64,000 nt of DNA from assembly GCF_004010195.1 (NCBI RefSeq), contig NC_057720.1, positions 13,049,722-13,113,721 of the forward strand. The letters are read 5' to 3'. The stretch comes from Chiloscyllium plagiosum. Taxonomy: Eukaryota. Position numbers and translations under genes: made by a program. The notes below the pieces were generated by a model. The model was not told the DNA's origin. It saw only the letters and a program-made list of their open reading frames with translations, and ran no database searches. Position 1 is the stretch's first letter. Each line of letters begins with the position of its first letter. Of this stretch, positions 13,962 to 25,600 are shown in pieces.

Positions 13962-14200
13962 ATGGTGGTTCAGTGGTTAGCACTACTACCTTACAATGCC
14001 AGGGACCTGGGTTCAATTCCAGTCTTGGCAAGCTGCCTGTGTGGAGTTTGTATGTTCTCATCACATCTGTATGGGTTCCTCCCACAGTCCAAGAATTTGC
14101 AGGTTAGATGGATTGGCCATGCTAAATTGCCTCAGTGTCTAGAGTTGTGCAGACTAGGTGGATTAGCTATGGGGAAAATACAGGGTAAGGATAGGAGGGT
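13962..14200 (+). mobile_element. tRNA-derived SINE (HE1/V-SINE-like), diverged
   Basis: A box TGGTTCAGTGG, B box GGTTCAATTCC, core TGTGGAGTTTG...GGCCATGCTAAATTGCC. Confidence 0.8.
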
Positions 14201-15342
14201 CAGTGCAGGCAAAGTAGGGATTCCATGATTGGACATAGACCAGGTAAGGATGGCAGATTTCCATCTCTGAAAGATAATACAGAATGAATTTCTTTTTAAC
14301 AACAATCAATAGTGGTTTATGGTCACCATTAGACTAACTGTTTTTAAATTCCACATTTTTACTGAATTCAAATTTTACCAATGGCCATGGTGGGATTCAA
14401 ACACAAAAACATTAATGTGGGATGTGGGATTCTTAGTCTCAGTGATATCACCATTATGCCACTGCCTCCTCTATGGTGGAATTTGAATCCATCTATACAG
14501 CGCATTAACCTGGATCTCTGGATTACTAGTCCAATGACATTATCAGTTCACCACCATGGCATTTGAGTAAGATATGGATCAGTGCCAAAATATGGCTCAC
14601 TGCATGAGTCAATTTCTTCAGGAGGACAGGCAGGAATTGTGAAAAGTGTAAAAACACTAGAATTGTGGTCCAACAACAGTCATTCTCTCCTGTTTCTAAC
14701 AATTCCATTAGCAAACATCCATCCATGGGGCAAGGAATACTTCGTCCATCTGAACTAAAGAACAGGAATAATCCATTCCAGGCTGACCACGACCATGTGA
14801 TTCATTAGCTCAAGTCACTATTTGCAAGCTATCACTGAGAAACCATGTGACTGAATTAGAAGTTATTCGAAGGACAAATTGCATCATCCTAAATGCAAAA
14901 GAAATCTAGGGAGCTATGTGTATCAGTTTAAATCCCAGACTGTTGAAGGAAAAAGCAAAATTCTTTGTGACACGCAAATAAGCAGTGGTACAGCAAGAAA
15001 TTACTCCCTGACAAATTAGAAATCAGGATACTTCCACTGTGGGTTCATCACTTGATGTTGCACGTTTAAGAAGCCCATTCAAACTCTAGATCCTCAATAA
15101 TCAAACAATGGCCAAAGGACAGTGGGGTGAGGTGGCAGGGAAGAGAACAGCAAGGGGAGCAGAATGCAAGTAGGAGGAGAGGTGACAAAATGATTGAGAC
15201 AGCCATGATTAAAAGTATTTCGCCCAATAAAGTATAACAGATTAAAATGATGGTAGAAGAGAGAATTTGCAATGAGCAAGAATAAATGCAGAAATCAAAG
15301 AATAGCTAAACCAGTTACAATTAAGGGAAGTCCACAAATGAG

Positions 15343-15592
15343 ATTAGATTCCCTACACACCGGCCCTCCGGAGAGTAACCCAGCCAGACCCATTTTCCTC
15401 TGACTAATGCATCTAACACTATGGGCAATTTAGCAATTCACCTGACCTGCACATCTTTGGACTGTGGGAGGAAACCCACGCAGACATGGGGAGAACGTGC
15501 AAACTCTACACAGTCACCTGAGGCTGGAATTGAATCTGGGACCCTGGTGCTGTGAGGCTGCAGTGCTAACCACAGAGCCACCATGCTACCCA
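15343..15592 (-). mobile_element. tRNA-derived SINE (HE1/V-SINE-like)
   Basis: Reverse complement of the SINE at 5767 (ggaaacccacgcagacatggggagaacgtgcaaactc; ggaattgaatc B box; ctaaccacagagcca A box). Confidence 0.8.
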
Positions 15593-15859
15593 GTGTAGAC
15601 TGTAGTTATATTTTCCAAACTACACATTACAAACAAGCAATTAGAGAATTCTGCTACGTCTATGCACTATAACAGATTGGACTATATAGAATCAATGTCA
15701 ATAAGATTCTTTTTCAGCGATTTTATTACTGCTGAGTTTCAGTCTTACCACCCCAAACACTGATCAGATATTACCGATAGCTTGGTCAGCAAATTGTTTT
15801 ATAAAAAAAAATCAATATGCATGCGTAATGTTTGACACTAACATTTCAGAATTCCAGGT

Positions 15860-18540
15860 CGTTTTTAATTCACCTGTGGGAGTCACTGGCTGGCCAGCAT
15901 TTATTGGCTGTTGGCCTTGGGAAAGTGTTGGCAAGTTGCCTTCTATATACTGTAGGTTGACCAACAATGCACAAAGGGAGAAAATTCCAGGATTTTGACG
16001 CAGTGACACTGAAGGAATGGCGATATATTTCCAAATCAGGATGGCGAGTGGCTAGGAGAGGAATTTGCAGAGGGTGGTGTTCCCTTACATCCACTGCCCT
16101 TGTCCTTCTAGTCAGAAGTGGTCGTGAGTTTGGGAGATGCTGTCTTAGTACCTTTGGTGAATTTCTGCAGTGCATCTTGTAGATAGTACACACTGTTGCT
16201 ACTGAGCATTGGTGCTGGAGGGAGTGGATACTTGTGGATATAGTACCAAGCAAGCAGGAAGCTTTATATCCAAGATGGTATCAAGCTTGAATGTTGTTGA
16301 ACCTCTACTCATCCAGGCAAGTGGGGAGTATTCCATTACTGTCCTGACTTGTACCTTGTAGATGATAGACAGGCTTTGGAAGTCAAGTGGTGAATTACTC
16401 ACCACAGTATTCCTAGCCTCTGACCTGCTCTTGTAGCCAGTATTCATACAGTGAGTCCAATTGAGTTTCTGCTGAATGGTAACACCCAAGGATATTGATA
16501 CTGGGGGGAGTCAATGATGGTAACATCATTTAATGTCATGGGGCAGTGGTTAGATTGTCTCTTATTGGTCATTGGCTGGTGCAAATGTATGTTCCACTTG
16601 TCAGCCAAACTTGGATCTCGTTGCATTTGAACATGGATGACTTTAATATCGGAGCTGCCACAAAATGGTACAATCTGAAAACATGCCCACGTGTAGCTTT
16701 ATAATGGATGAAATGTCATTGTTGAAGCAGCTGAAGAAAGTTGTGCATAGGCCAATATCCTCAGGAACTCCTGCACAAATGTTCTGGTTTTGAGATTACT
16801 GACCTCTAACAAACAACCATTTGACTCCTGATATCAATGGATTCCAGTTTTGCTCGGGCTCCTTGATGCCACATTCAGTTGAATTTGGTCTTACTGTCGA
16901 GGGCTATCACTTTAATCTTAACTCTAGAATGTCCATGATTACAGTATCTGTTCAATGAGATCAGGAGCTGAATAGCCCGAGTGGAAGCCAAACTGGGTGT
17001 CAGTGAGCAGGTTGAGCAAGTGCTGTTTGATAGCACTTTCAATGACACCTTCCATCACTTTACAGATGATTGAGTAGACTGAGGGGGCAGTAATTGGCAA
17101 CGTTGGATTTGTCTTGCTGCATTTTGTGTATAGGTCATACCTGAGCAATTTTCCACATTGTCATGTCGAGTCTAATGTTCTAACTGTACAGAAACAGCTT
17201 GGCTGGGGAGCAGCAATTTGTGGAGCAGAAATCTTCAATACTGATGTTGAAATATTCTCAGGTCCCATAGCTTAGCAATACCCAATGTTTCCAACAATTT
17301 CTTAATATCACATTGAGTGAATTAAATCAGCTGAAGACTGGTACCTGAGATTTACGGGACCACTAGAAAAGTCTGAGTTCAATCATCAACTTGGCAATTC
17401 TGACTGATGACTGTTGCAAATGCTTCTGCTTTAACTTTTGCACTTGCGCTATGTGCTGGGCTCTTCCATCATTGAGGATGGGGATATTTGTGGAGCCTCC
17501 TCCTCGAGTGAATTGTTTAATTGGCCACCACCATTCATGATTGCAGACAGTAGATTGGATTCATTGGTTGGAGAAATCACTTAGCGCTGTCTCACTTGCT
17601 GCTTATGCATTTTGGTATGCAAATATTCCTGTTCGGTAGTTTCACCAGGTTGATGCATTTTTAGATATGCCTGACTGGAGCTGCTCCTGGCATTCCCTCC
17701 GACACTTTCCATTGAACCAGGGTTGATCCCCTGGCTAGATGGTAATGGTTGAGTTTGGGATATGCCAGGCTAATAGATTACAAATTGTGCTGGACTTGAA
17801 GACCACAATGCCTCATAGATGCCTAGGTTTGAGTTGTTAGATCTATTCAAAGTCTGTCCCATTTAGCACAGTGATAGTGCCACATAAAACAATGGAGGGT
17901 ATTCTCAATGTGAAGGCAAGACTTAAGTCTCCACAAGGACTGTCTGGTGGTCACTCTTACCAATCTAATCACAGACCAATGTATCTACAGCCAGTGGATT
18001 GCTAAGAATGAGGTCAAGTAGGTTTCCTACCCTCTTGTTGGTTCCCTCACCACATAGCTGCTAATATGGGTTTGCAGTATCTTCTTGAAGACTTGACCAG
18101 CTCAGTTGGTAGTGCTGCTGAACTACTCTTGGTGGTGGATATTGAAATCCCCACCCAGAGTATATCTTGTCCCCTTGACTCCCTCAGTGCTTCCTCCAAG
18201 TGTTGTTCAACATGGAGGGGTACTGATTCAATAGGAGGTCCCCCACCTATATTCAACCTGAAGTTTTGGGGTCCAGAGTCAATGTGGAGGACAACTCCTC
18301 CCAGAGTGCTGTGCTAGGTCTATCCTACTGTTGGAACAGGACATATACAGGATGATGATAGTCATGCCTGGGACTTACATTCACAACAGGACAGATAGTG
18401 TCAGGTTATTGTTTGACTAGTCTGAGAAAACTCTCCTAATTTTGGCACTAGTCTCCAGCTGTTAGTAAGGAAGACTTTGTAGGATCATCAGAGGCATTCT
18501 AGTGCCTTGGTCAATGCCAAATGGTCTGTTGAGACGTCAT
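15860..18540 (-). mobile_element. Decayed L2/CR1-group LINE (endonuclease + RT)
   Basis: Minus ORFs with SIICKVMEGVI..TDTQFGF, LSIIYKVQVRTVMEYSPLAW and HSFSVTASKSWNFLP; 3' pieces of this family recur near 7260-7640 and 55120-55490. Confidence 0.65.
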
Positions 18541-18986
18541 AGTGGCTTGCTGGACCTTTGAGCCAACCACCTGAAGGACATTAATGAACCAGATGGGTTT
18601 TATTCCCCTGACAGTTAAGAATCTACTGATAAACCATGAATCATTCTTAATTTCATATTTTGTTTTTAAACTGGCATGGTAGGATTTGAACTCTTGTTCA
18701 GTCATTAGCTGAGTTTCTGAATTAATAGTCTAGTGAAAATACCACTAAGATACTCCCTCCCCTATTAGCAGGTTTTCAAACAATGCTGCAAAATCATATG
18801 AATTTTGGTCTATAAATAAAGCACATGTAGGAATCTTGAGTTCAGTACACAATAGTTTTGTAGGTATTTCACTTAAGTCTATACAGCACTGTAATGGGCA
18901 GAAAAAAAAAAACTGGCATTGGTAGTTTAACACCGATAGTCACTGATTCCATTAATAAAATTAAAGCAATGCTTCAGAAATAACTT

Positions 18987-18992
18987 TTTATT
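18987..18992 (-). terminator. SELENOF: Polyadenylation signal AATAAA of SELENOF
   Basis: Plus-strand TTTATT = minus AATAAA, about 60 nt downstream of the SECIS. Confidence 0.65.
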
Positions 18993-19053
18993 ATTCCAAA
19001 TGTAACAAGGTCATCTTTCCAACCCACTTGTATTACAGCAGAGCAGAAACATC

Positions 19054-19130
19054 AGTAAATGCACAAGACATCAGGCTATACATACCTTTAAAAAGGTTTC
19101 CTGTGCAGCCTTCACAAAAGAGCAAATACT
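19054..19130 (-). promoter_or_regulatory. SELENOF: SECIS element (type 2, GUGA/AAA/UGA) in the SELENOF 3' UTR
   Basis: Minus strand AGUAUUUGC-UCUUUU-GUGAA-GGCUGCACA-GG-AAA-CCUU-UUUA-AAGG-UA-UGUAUAGCC-UGAU-GUCUUGU-GCAUUUACU. This shows helix I, the non-Watson-Crick quartet, helix II (8 of 9 pairs), AAA 11 nt after the core, and an apical mini-stem. Confidence 0.9.
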
Positions 19131-19485
19131 TATTGCATCAGATCCACTGCAGTAAATAGCAGGCACCATCTAATTACAGCCAACAATAACCATCCACATT
19201 CAATAGAAAATTTTAGAATAGACTTGAAGTGAAATTATACAGAACATCTGTTTCAAAGAAAAACAATACTTTCAAATATAAAATTTGTGATAGTGTGACT
19301 AAATGGACCAAATTCCAGATAATTTCAAATAACAGCTTGATTCATTCCAAAGTGTAACATGATCTATACTTCTCAATTTGTGTTATCAATTTCACTGGCA
19401 TGACACAGGTGGTTTCCAGATATTAGCACAGTCCTGTATATGAATGATAACTTAGCAAACTGCAAGAACAATCAAATTATGTAAC

Positions 19486-19617
19486 TTATAAGCGTTCTAA
19501 CTTTTCACCGAGAAATTCTTCCACACTATCGGTGTTCCATTTGAGAATGCTCAGCTCTTCTGCAACGTTCCCTTTGTCGTCCAAAAGCTTTAGCACAGGA
19601 TCAGAGCCACGCACGTA
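19486..19617 (-). CDS. SELENOF: SELENOF exon 5 (coding part, with TAA stop)
   Basis: ttttctag|TACGTG... encodes YVRGSDPVLKLLDDKGNVAEELSILKWNTDSVEEFLGEKLERL*. Confidence 0.97.
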   Translation of the reverse strand, partial: YVRGSDPVLKLLDDKGNVAEELSILKWNTDSVEEFLGEKLERL

Positions 19618-22600
19618 CTAGAAAAGGCAAAAATAAAATTAGGTATTTTAAATCAGTTATAAACTTGCCTTCGCAAGATGCCCCTTTTCTATTAGTCAAT
19701 TATTTAAAGTTGAATAAAAGGAGTCTGTACAAAGACATAATTGTATTGATTTTTCTACTGATATTTTTGATGTGGACATAAATAAATGGTTTATAAACAT
19801 TTTTTTCCCCCAGACTTTCTAGCATAACAAAATTGGTATTGGTTTCAAAATATGCTGGATGCTGAAATAGGATGTGAACATTTTAAATGAAGTAATTTTA
19901 CATCTGCACTGCCATTCTACATCAATTTCTCCACGACAGTTCTGGCCAAGTGCTTTTTACTGCAATAATTAGCATTACCTGGTTGCACCAGTTCCCTGAA
20001 TTCACTCCCAAGGCAATTTATGTACATTCCATTCCCCCTTCCTTTCCCTGACAAACTGTAGCAGCTACACCTATTGTTAGAATTCATTCAATTGAATGAC
20101 TGATATTAGACTCTGGGTCTAGGTGCCAGGATTTTAACTTCCCACCAGCACCATCTCAAACTCACTGAACTGGTTCATCAAGTTCACATGATCTGAACTT
20201 TGTGGACATAAAAGAGGCCTTGTATCACTTCGAATTTGCTCAATAGATTGGATTTATTTTTAAAATTTCATCTATTTACACTTCTTGTTGCTGTGAAAAG
20301 GCTGCCAAGATCATTAAAGACCCTTTCCATCGCGACAATGCTCTCCGACAGCCTCCGTCAGCAGAAGGTACAGAAGCTTGAACACATGCACCAACAAGTT
20401 CAAGAGCAGCTTCTTCCTGGTCATTATTAGACTTCTGAATGGACCTCTAACTTCAAATAATGCTAATCTTGGTTTGTGCTCCTTCTGTGCAGCTGTAACC
20501 TTGCATGCCTTTGATCTGTATGGCCTTGCTGGCTATGATCTGCCTGTACTGCTTGCAAAACAAAGCTTTTCACTGTACTGAAGTACATTTGACTACACTA
20601 AATAAAATTTTAAAAATTAGCTCACTCCTCAGGACCTCTGTTCTCCTGTAGGCCAATAGAACAATGGATACATTTGCCTACTGGAATAGTTGCTTTATGG
20701 CATGACAGTCCAATAATTTTACTGAAATGTAGCTTTTTTGTCTGTAATTTTACAAATGCCTTTGGTTTAAAAAAAATGCAAACATTACTGTGCATTATAA
20801 AAATTAAAACACATTGATGCAATTTAAGTATTTTCAGACAAAGTTTTGCAAATTATGTCACAAGAGAGGGAAAACATACATATACATTCCATTGAGATGA
20901 CGATTACCATCTATCTACTTGGAGTAGAAATTGTACAAACAAATAAGACAGGTTTGTATTTCGGCTGCACTCCACAACACAGTAGTACTTCAAGGTCCAA
21001 TCGGAGTCCAGAACAGTAAATCTCTGATCGGAGGATTCCAGAAGTGAACCCAAGATGAACAAACACTCTACTACACTGGCATCCCACCTCCCAGCCAACT
21101 CCTCCTGCCATCTATACCCAGTAAAAGGCTAAGCTTGCCTGTTCCAATTAGAAGGTGCAAAGAAGGTTTACCAGGATGCTGCCTGGACTGAAGGGCTTGT
21201 CTTATGACCAGAGGTTGACTAAGCTCTGACTTTTCTCACTGGAGAGAAGGAGGAAGAGAGGTGACCTGATCGAGGTATACAAGGTAATGAGAGGCATGGA
21301 TAGAGTCAATCGCCAGAGACTTTTCCCCAGGGCAGGATTGACTGGCACGAGGGGTCATAGTTTTAAAATATTAGCAGGAAGGTATAGAGGAGGCGTCAGA
21401 GGTAGGCTCTTTACGCAGAGAGTTGTGAATGCATGGAATGCGCTGCCAGCGGTGGTGGTGGAAGTAGAGTCATTAGGGACATTTAAGGGACTGCTGGACA
21501 TGCATGTTAGGTTATTTTATTGTAGATTAGGAATAATCCTCAGCACAACATCATTGTGTGCTATGTTTTTCTATGTTCTATGTACAGAATTTATCATCTT
21601 GTGATTGAAATTCATATGCAGGGAAAATCCTCAGTTGATGTTACTACCATACAAGCAAAATATTCTGGACAAGTACTGAAAATGGGATTTGATGGCCAAA
21701 GGGCCTCTTTCTATGCTATAGACCTTTAAGACTAAGTCAGATTCCGAAGAGGAACCTGCTTGGACAGATCATTTATAAAAACAATTGTTTTACTGAAGAG
21801 ATCTTTTCCTAAAGCATAAGCACCCAATCCTGCAGACATTGCTTTAAGTTTAAGGTAAACAAAAGGAAAAAAAATTAGAACACAGATTCAAACATTTTTT
21901 AAACACATCGTACAGATACAGCTTCCAACCATTGCTACAATTCCAAGAACATCTAATCATGCATTGCTTGCAAGACCTAGCCAAGCTTACTTCTGACAGA
22001 GTGTGTGCAAGTGAGTTTTGTTTAATACTTTGATGGAGTCTAAGTGATTAAAATTCCAACTCATCTGCTGGAACTGTGGACAGTGCTCAGAGATGGGTGA
22101 GCCAATGGGTGTGCCGTTGATTTGTTCATATATTTGGTTGTTGAATATGAAGTGTGTTGTGAGGCACAGGTCCAGTAGTTTGAGTATGCAGTCTTTGTTG
22201 ATAGGTTCCCCGTCTTGTTGTCTGTTCTGTTCGTCCAGCAGGTTGGCTATTGTTTCTCTGGCTAGAGTTTTGTCGATAGAGGTGAACAGTGCCGTTANNN
22301 NNNNNNNNNNNNNNNNNNNNNNNNNNNNNNNNNNNNNNNNNNNNACCTGGTTATCTGTCCGTTTTTTTGTAGGTTCCTCAGTGTGTTGTTTATCCTATTG
22401 GTGAGCTGTGGGGTGGGGTCAAATTCCCTCTTTTGGTAGGTGTTGGTATCTGCAAGTAGTTGCTGTGCTTTTTAGATGTAGTCTGTTTTGTCCAGGATGA
22501 CCGTCATTCTGCCTTTGTCTGCTGGTAGTATAGAACATAGAACATAGAACAATACAGCACTATAATTATGTCCTTATCGTTTCTTAGTGATTTTAGTGCT

Positions 22601-25600
22601 TCCCTCTCCTTGGTGTTGAGGTTATGCGTTTGTCTTTTCCTTGTTATCAGGGGTACAATACTTTGTCTCACTGTTTGTTGTGTCTCTTCTGTCAGTCCAT
22701 TGTTCCCGAGTGTGCATTCTAGTGCTGCTAGGAAGTCTGCTGTCTTGGCGTCCCTATGGTTGTAGTTGAGTCCCTTGGCCAGTATTGTTCTTTCAGTGTC
22801 TGTGAGCTGTCTGTGGGAGAGGTTTCTAACCCAGGTGTGTTGTGGTGTCCTCTCTGTTGTGTTAGTTTGGCCATTTTTTCTTTTAGTGCCATATTTTTGC
22901 GGTGTGTGGTCCTGTTCTGTCCTATGGTGACAGCCTGTTCTATGGTCCGGGTCCATTCCCGATTGGTGGTTTTTGAAATTAACGATTTTTGGAGCGCAAT
23001 TTCTTGTCTATATTTGTGAAGTCTGTTGTGAGCGTCTGTAATCATTACCTGGATCATCCTGAATCCTTTCTGTCTGGCTGTGTCCCTGGCTTGTGGGTTG
23101 TTGACTGGTGGTTTGTATCTGACACATGGTGGAAGGATTCGATTCTTTCGGCATTCATGCAGAAACCGGAGTTGTTCGTATGTGGCGCTTAGGCAGTTGG
23201 CACAGGATTCCCATTTCCTGGCATGTCTTAGCGTCTCTCGCTCGTAGGCGTTCAAAGTTTGTGAGAAGATTTGTAGCTCGGGTGCTCGTTGTTGTGGTTC
23301 TGTTCACCGAGCTGGGAATTTGTGTTGCAGACGTTTCGCCCCCTGTCTAGGTGACATCCTCAGTGCTTACCATACATCAAGAGCATTTCCGAACTGACAG
23401 CCAGACTACTGCGGCCACTAGGACTCATAACAGCACACAAACCAACAGCCACTCTCAGACAACAACTCACCAGGACGAAAGACCCGATACCCAGGATGAG
23501 CAAAACCAATGTAGTGTACAAAATCCCATTCAAGGACTGCACAAAACACTACATAAGACAAACAGGAAGACAGCTAATGATCCCTATCCATGAACACCAA
23601 CTAGCCACGAAACGATGTGACCAGCTATCCTTAGTAGCCACACACTCAGATGACAAGCAACATGAGTTCGACTGGGACAACATTACTATTATAGGACAAG
23701 CCAAACAGGGAACAGCCAGGGAATTCCTAGAGGCATGGCACTCATCCACAGTTTCAAATCAATAAGCACATCGACCTGGACCCGATATACCGGCCACTGC
23801 AGCAGACAGCTGGAACGGACACAAGGAAGCGGCAGATACAAATCACTATAAATGCCAGAGGAAACATCACAGAAGCACTTCAGAGGAGGCTCCCAAGCAC
23901 TGGAGGATGTCTCCTAGACAGGGGACGAAACGTCTGCAACACAAATTCCCAGCTTGGCGAACAGAACCACAACAAGAAATTAACCCAAAGGCTGTGTTCC
24001 CTCAAGTTGGTACAAAAAGATCCCACTGAACTATTTGAAGAAGAAAGCGGTCCAAGGCAATATTTATCCCTCCGCTAACAGTATCATAGATTGTCTGGTT
24101 ACTTTTCTCAGTGCATACACTGGGGCAGTGTTTCCTTAGTTAACAGGTGTACGAAATACATATTAAACTGAAAGAATCTTTGGAACATCACAAGTTGCAA
24201 AAGATGCTTTGCAATTGCAAGACTGGTCTTTCATTAATGAACCAGCAATGGAGACCATTGAAATTTGCAAGATATCACATTTCATGTAAAAACTTGAGCC
24301 CCAGAGGCATAAATCTAAATATGGAATGTTACTTCAGATGAGATTTTTGAGATCTTTCACTAATTTTGGAACAAGGGCAAGTTTAAAAATGAAGCTTTGT
24401 AATCTGATTCAAAGCAGCTGTGCCATTTGGACTGACTTCAACAACTCAATCTTACTGCCTGTTCTATAAATTACTAAAATCAACTTAGCTAGTTATAGGA
24501 AGCTCTTATGTGACCGGTATGAATAGTGTTCTTAGTTGACGTAGGAACATAGACAGGCCAGTGTACAATCTGAGACAATTAGTTATTTTATCACTCAATT
24601 TGGGTAAGCCAGTTCTGATTTAGTAATTAAAACTTCAACTTATGCAGCTCACAGAAGTGTAATTCTTGCAAACTGACTTAACTGAGAAAATCCATGAAGA
24701 CTTTTTGAAGAAATCTCATTGCTATCACAAATTCAGTGAAGCAAACCTAACGAAAATTCTCAGTATTGATAACCACACACAAAAAACAGCCCCTTTTTGA
24801 AAGCTTCCACATTCCTCTTAGGAAGGATCTTGGAAATTAGTGTTCCTTTATTAGAGCTTCTCATAAGCAGCAAGGAATTTGGAACAGGTGCAGAAAAAAC
24901 TGTTGTCAATAAGACATTTGTCTTAATGTGGCAAAAATCTCAGAATCAGGCTAATCTCAGAATAAAGGAGTGTCAGTTAAAGATTGAGATGTGGAGGAGC
25001 TTTTTCCTGTCAGAAGGTTGGGGTCTTTGGAACTCCTTCCTAAAAACAGCTGTAGGAAGAGTCCTTATGCAAATTTAAGGCTGATATAGATAGATTCTTG
25101 ATTAGTAGGGGAAATCAAGAATTATGGGGAGAGGGCAGGAAAGTGGATGTGAGAAATGTTGGATCAGCGTTGATTGTATTGAATGGCAGAGCAAGCTCAA
25201 GGGACTGAATGGCCCAGCTGGTTCCTATTTCTTGTGGTCTCAAAAGAATCCATATTGGATTCTTGTCACAAACTGTTTAATTCTCATGTTACAGGCAGTG
25301 GGAAGAGATTTGACCATCATGAGGCTGAATCCTTTATCTTGAAGCTATTTCTTTACCTATCTTTACCTTAAAGCTATTTCACACACTTGCTCAGGAAAAC
25401 TTTTAAAGTTACAGGTTTGGCAATTTCAGAATCAGTGAAGCTTCTCTCTCACACAGCCATTTCAAGTCTATGCTGGCCTCATATGATAACCATTTCATCC
25501 AACCCCAGCCTCTGCATTTTTCACTTCACTGGATTTCTTCAAATACTTATCTTGCATGATCTTTGACTGATTCAGCTTACATAGCTGGCTGCAGTTATAC

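Larger units (their letters stand above)
22090..23975. mobile_element. Penelope-like element (Poseidon-like) with inverted arrangement: 5' ORF/RT on minus, GIY-YIG endonuclease and pseudo-LTR on plus
   Basis: Minus strand: N-terminal ORF (LRFLHECRKNRILP, NLSHRQLT..LAKGLNY) and RT motif YEQINGTPIGSPIS near 22090-22130. Plus strand: NVVYKIPFKDCTKHYIRQTGR..EHQ..REFLEAWHS (23496-23765). Terminal repeats are inverted (about 23288-23368 vs 23895-23975). Confidence 0.85.

Noticed and set aside
22090..23975. Possibility that the Penelope-like elements themselves encode selenoproteins
   Set aside because: I noticed no conserved in-frame UGA or SECIS within these fragments; the only SECIS found belongs to SELENOF.
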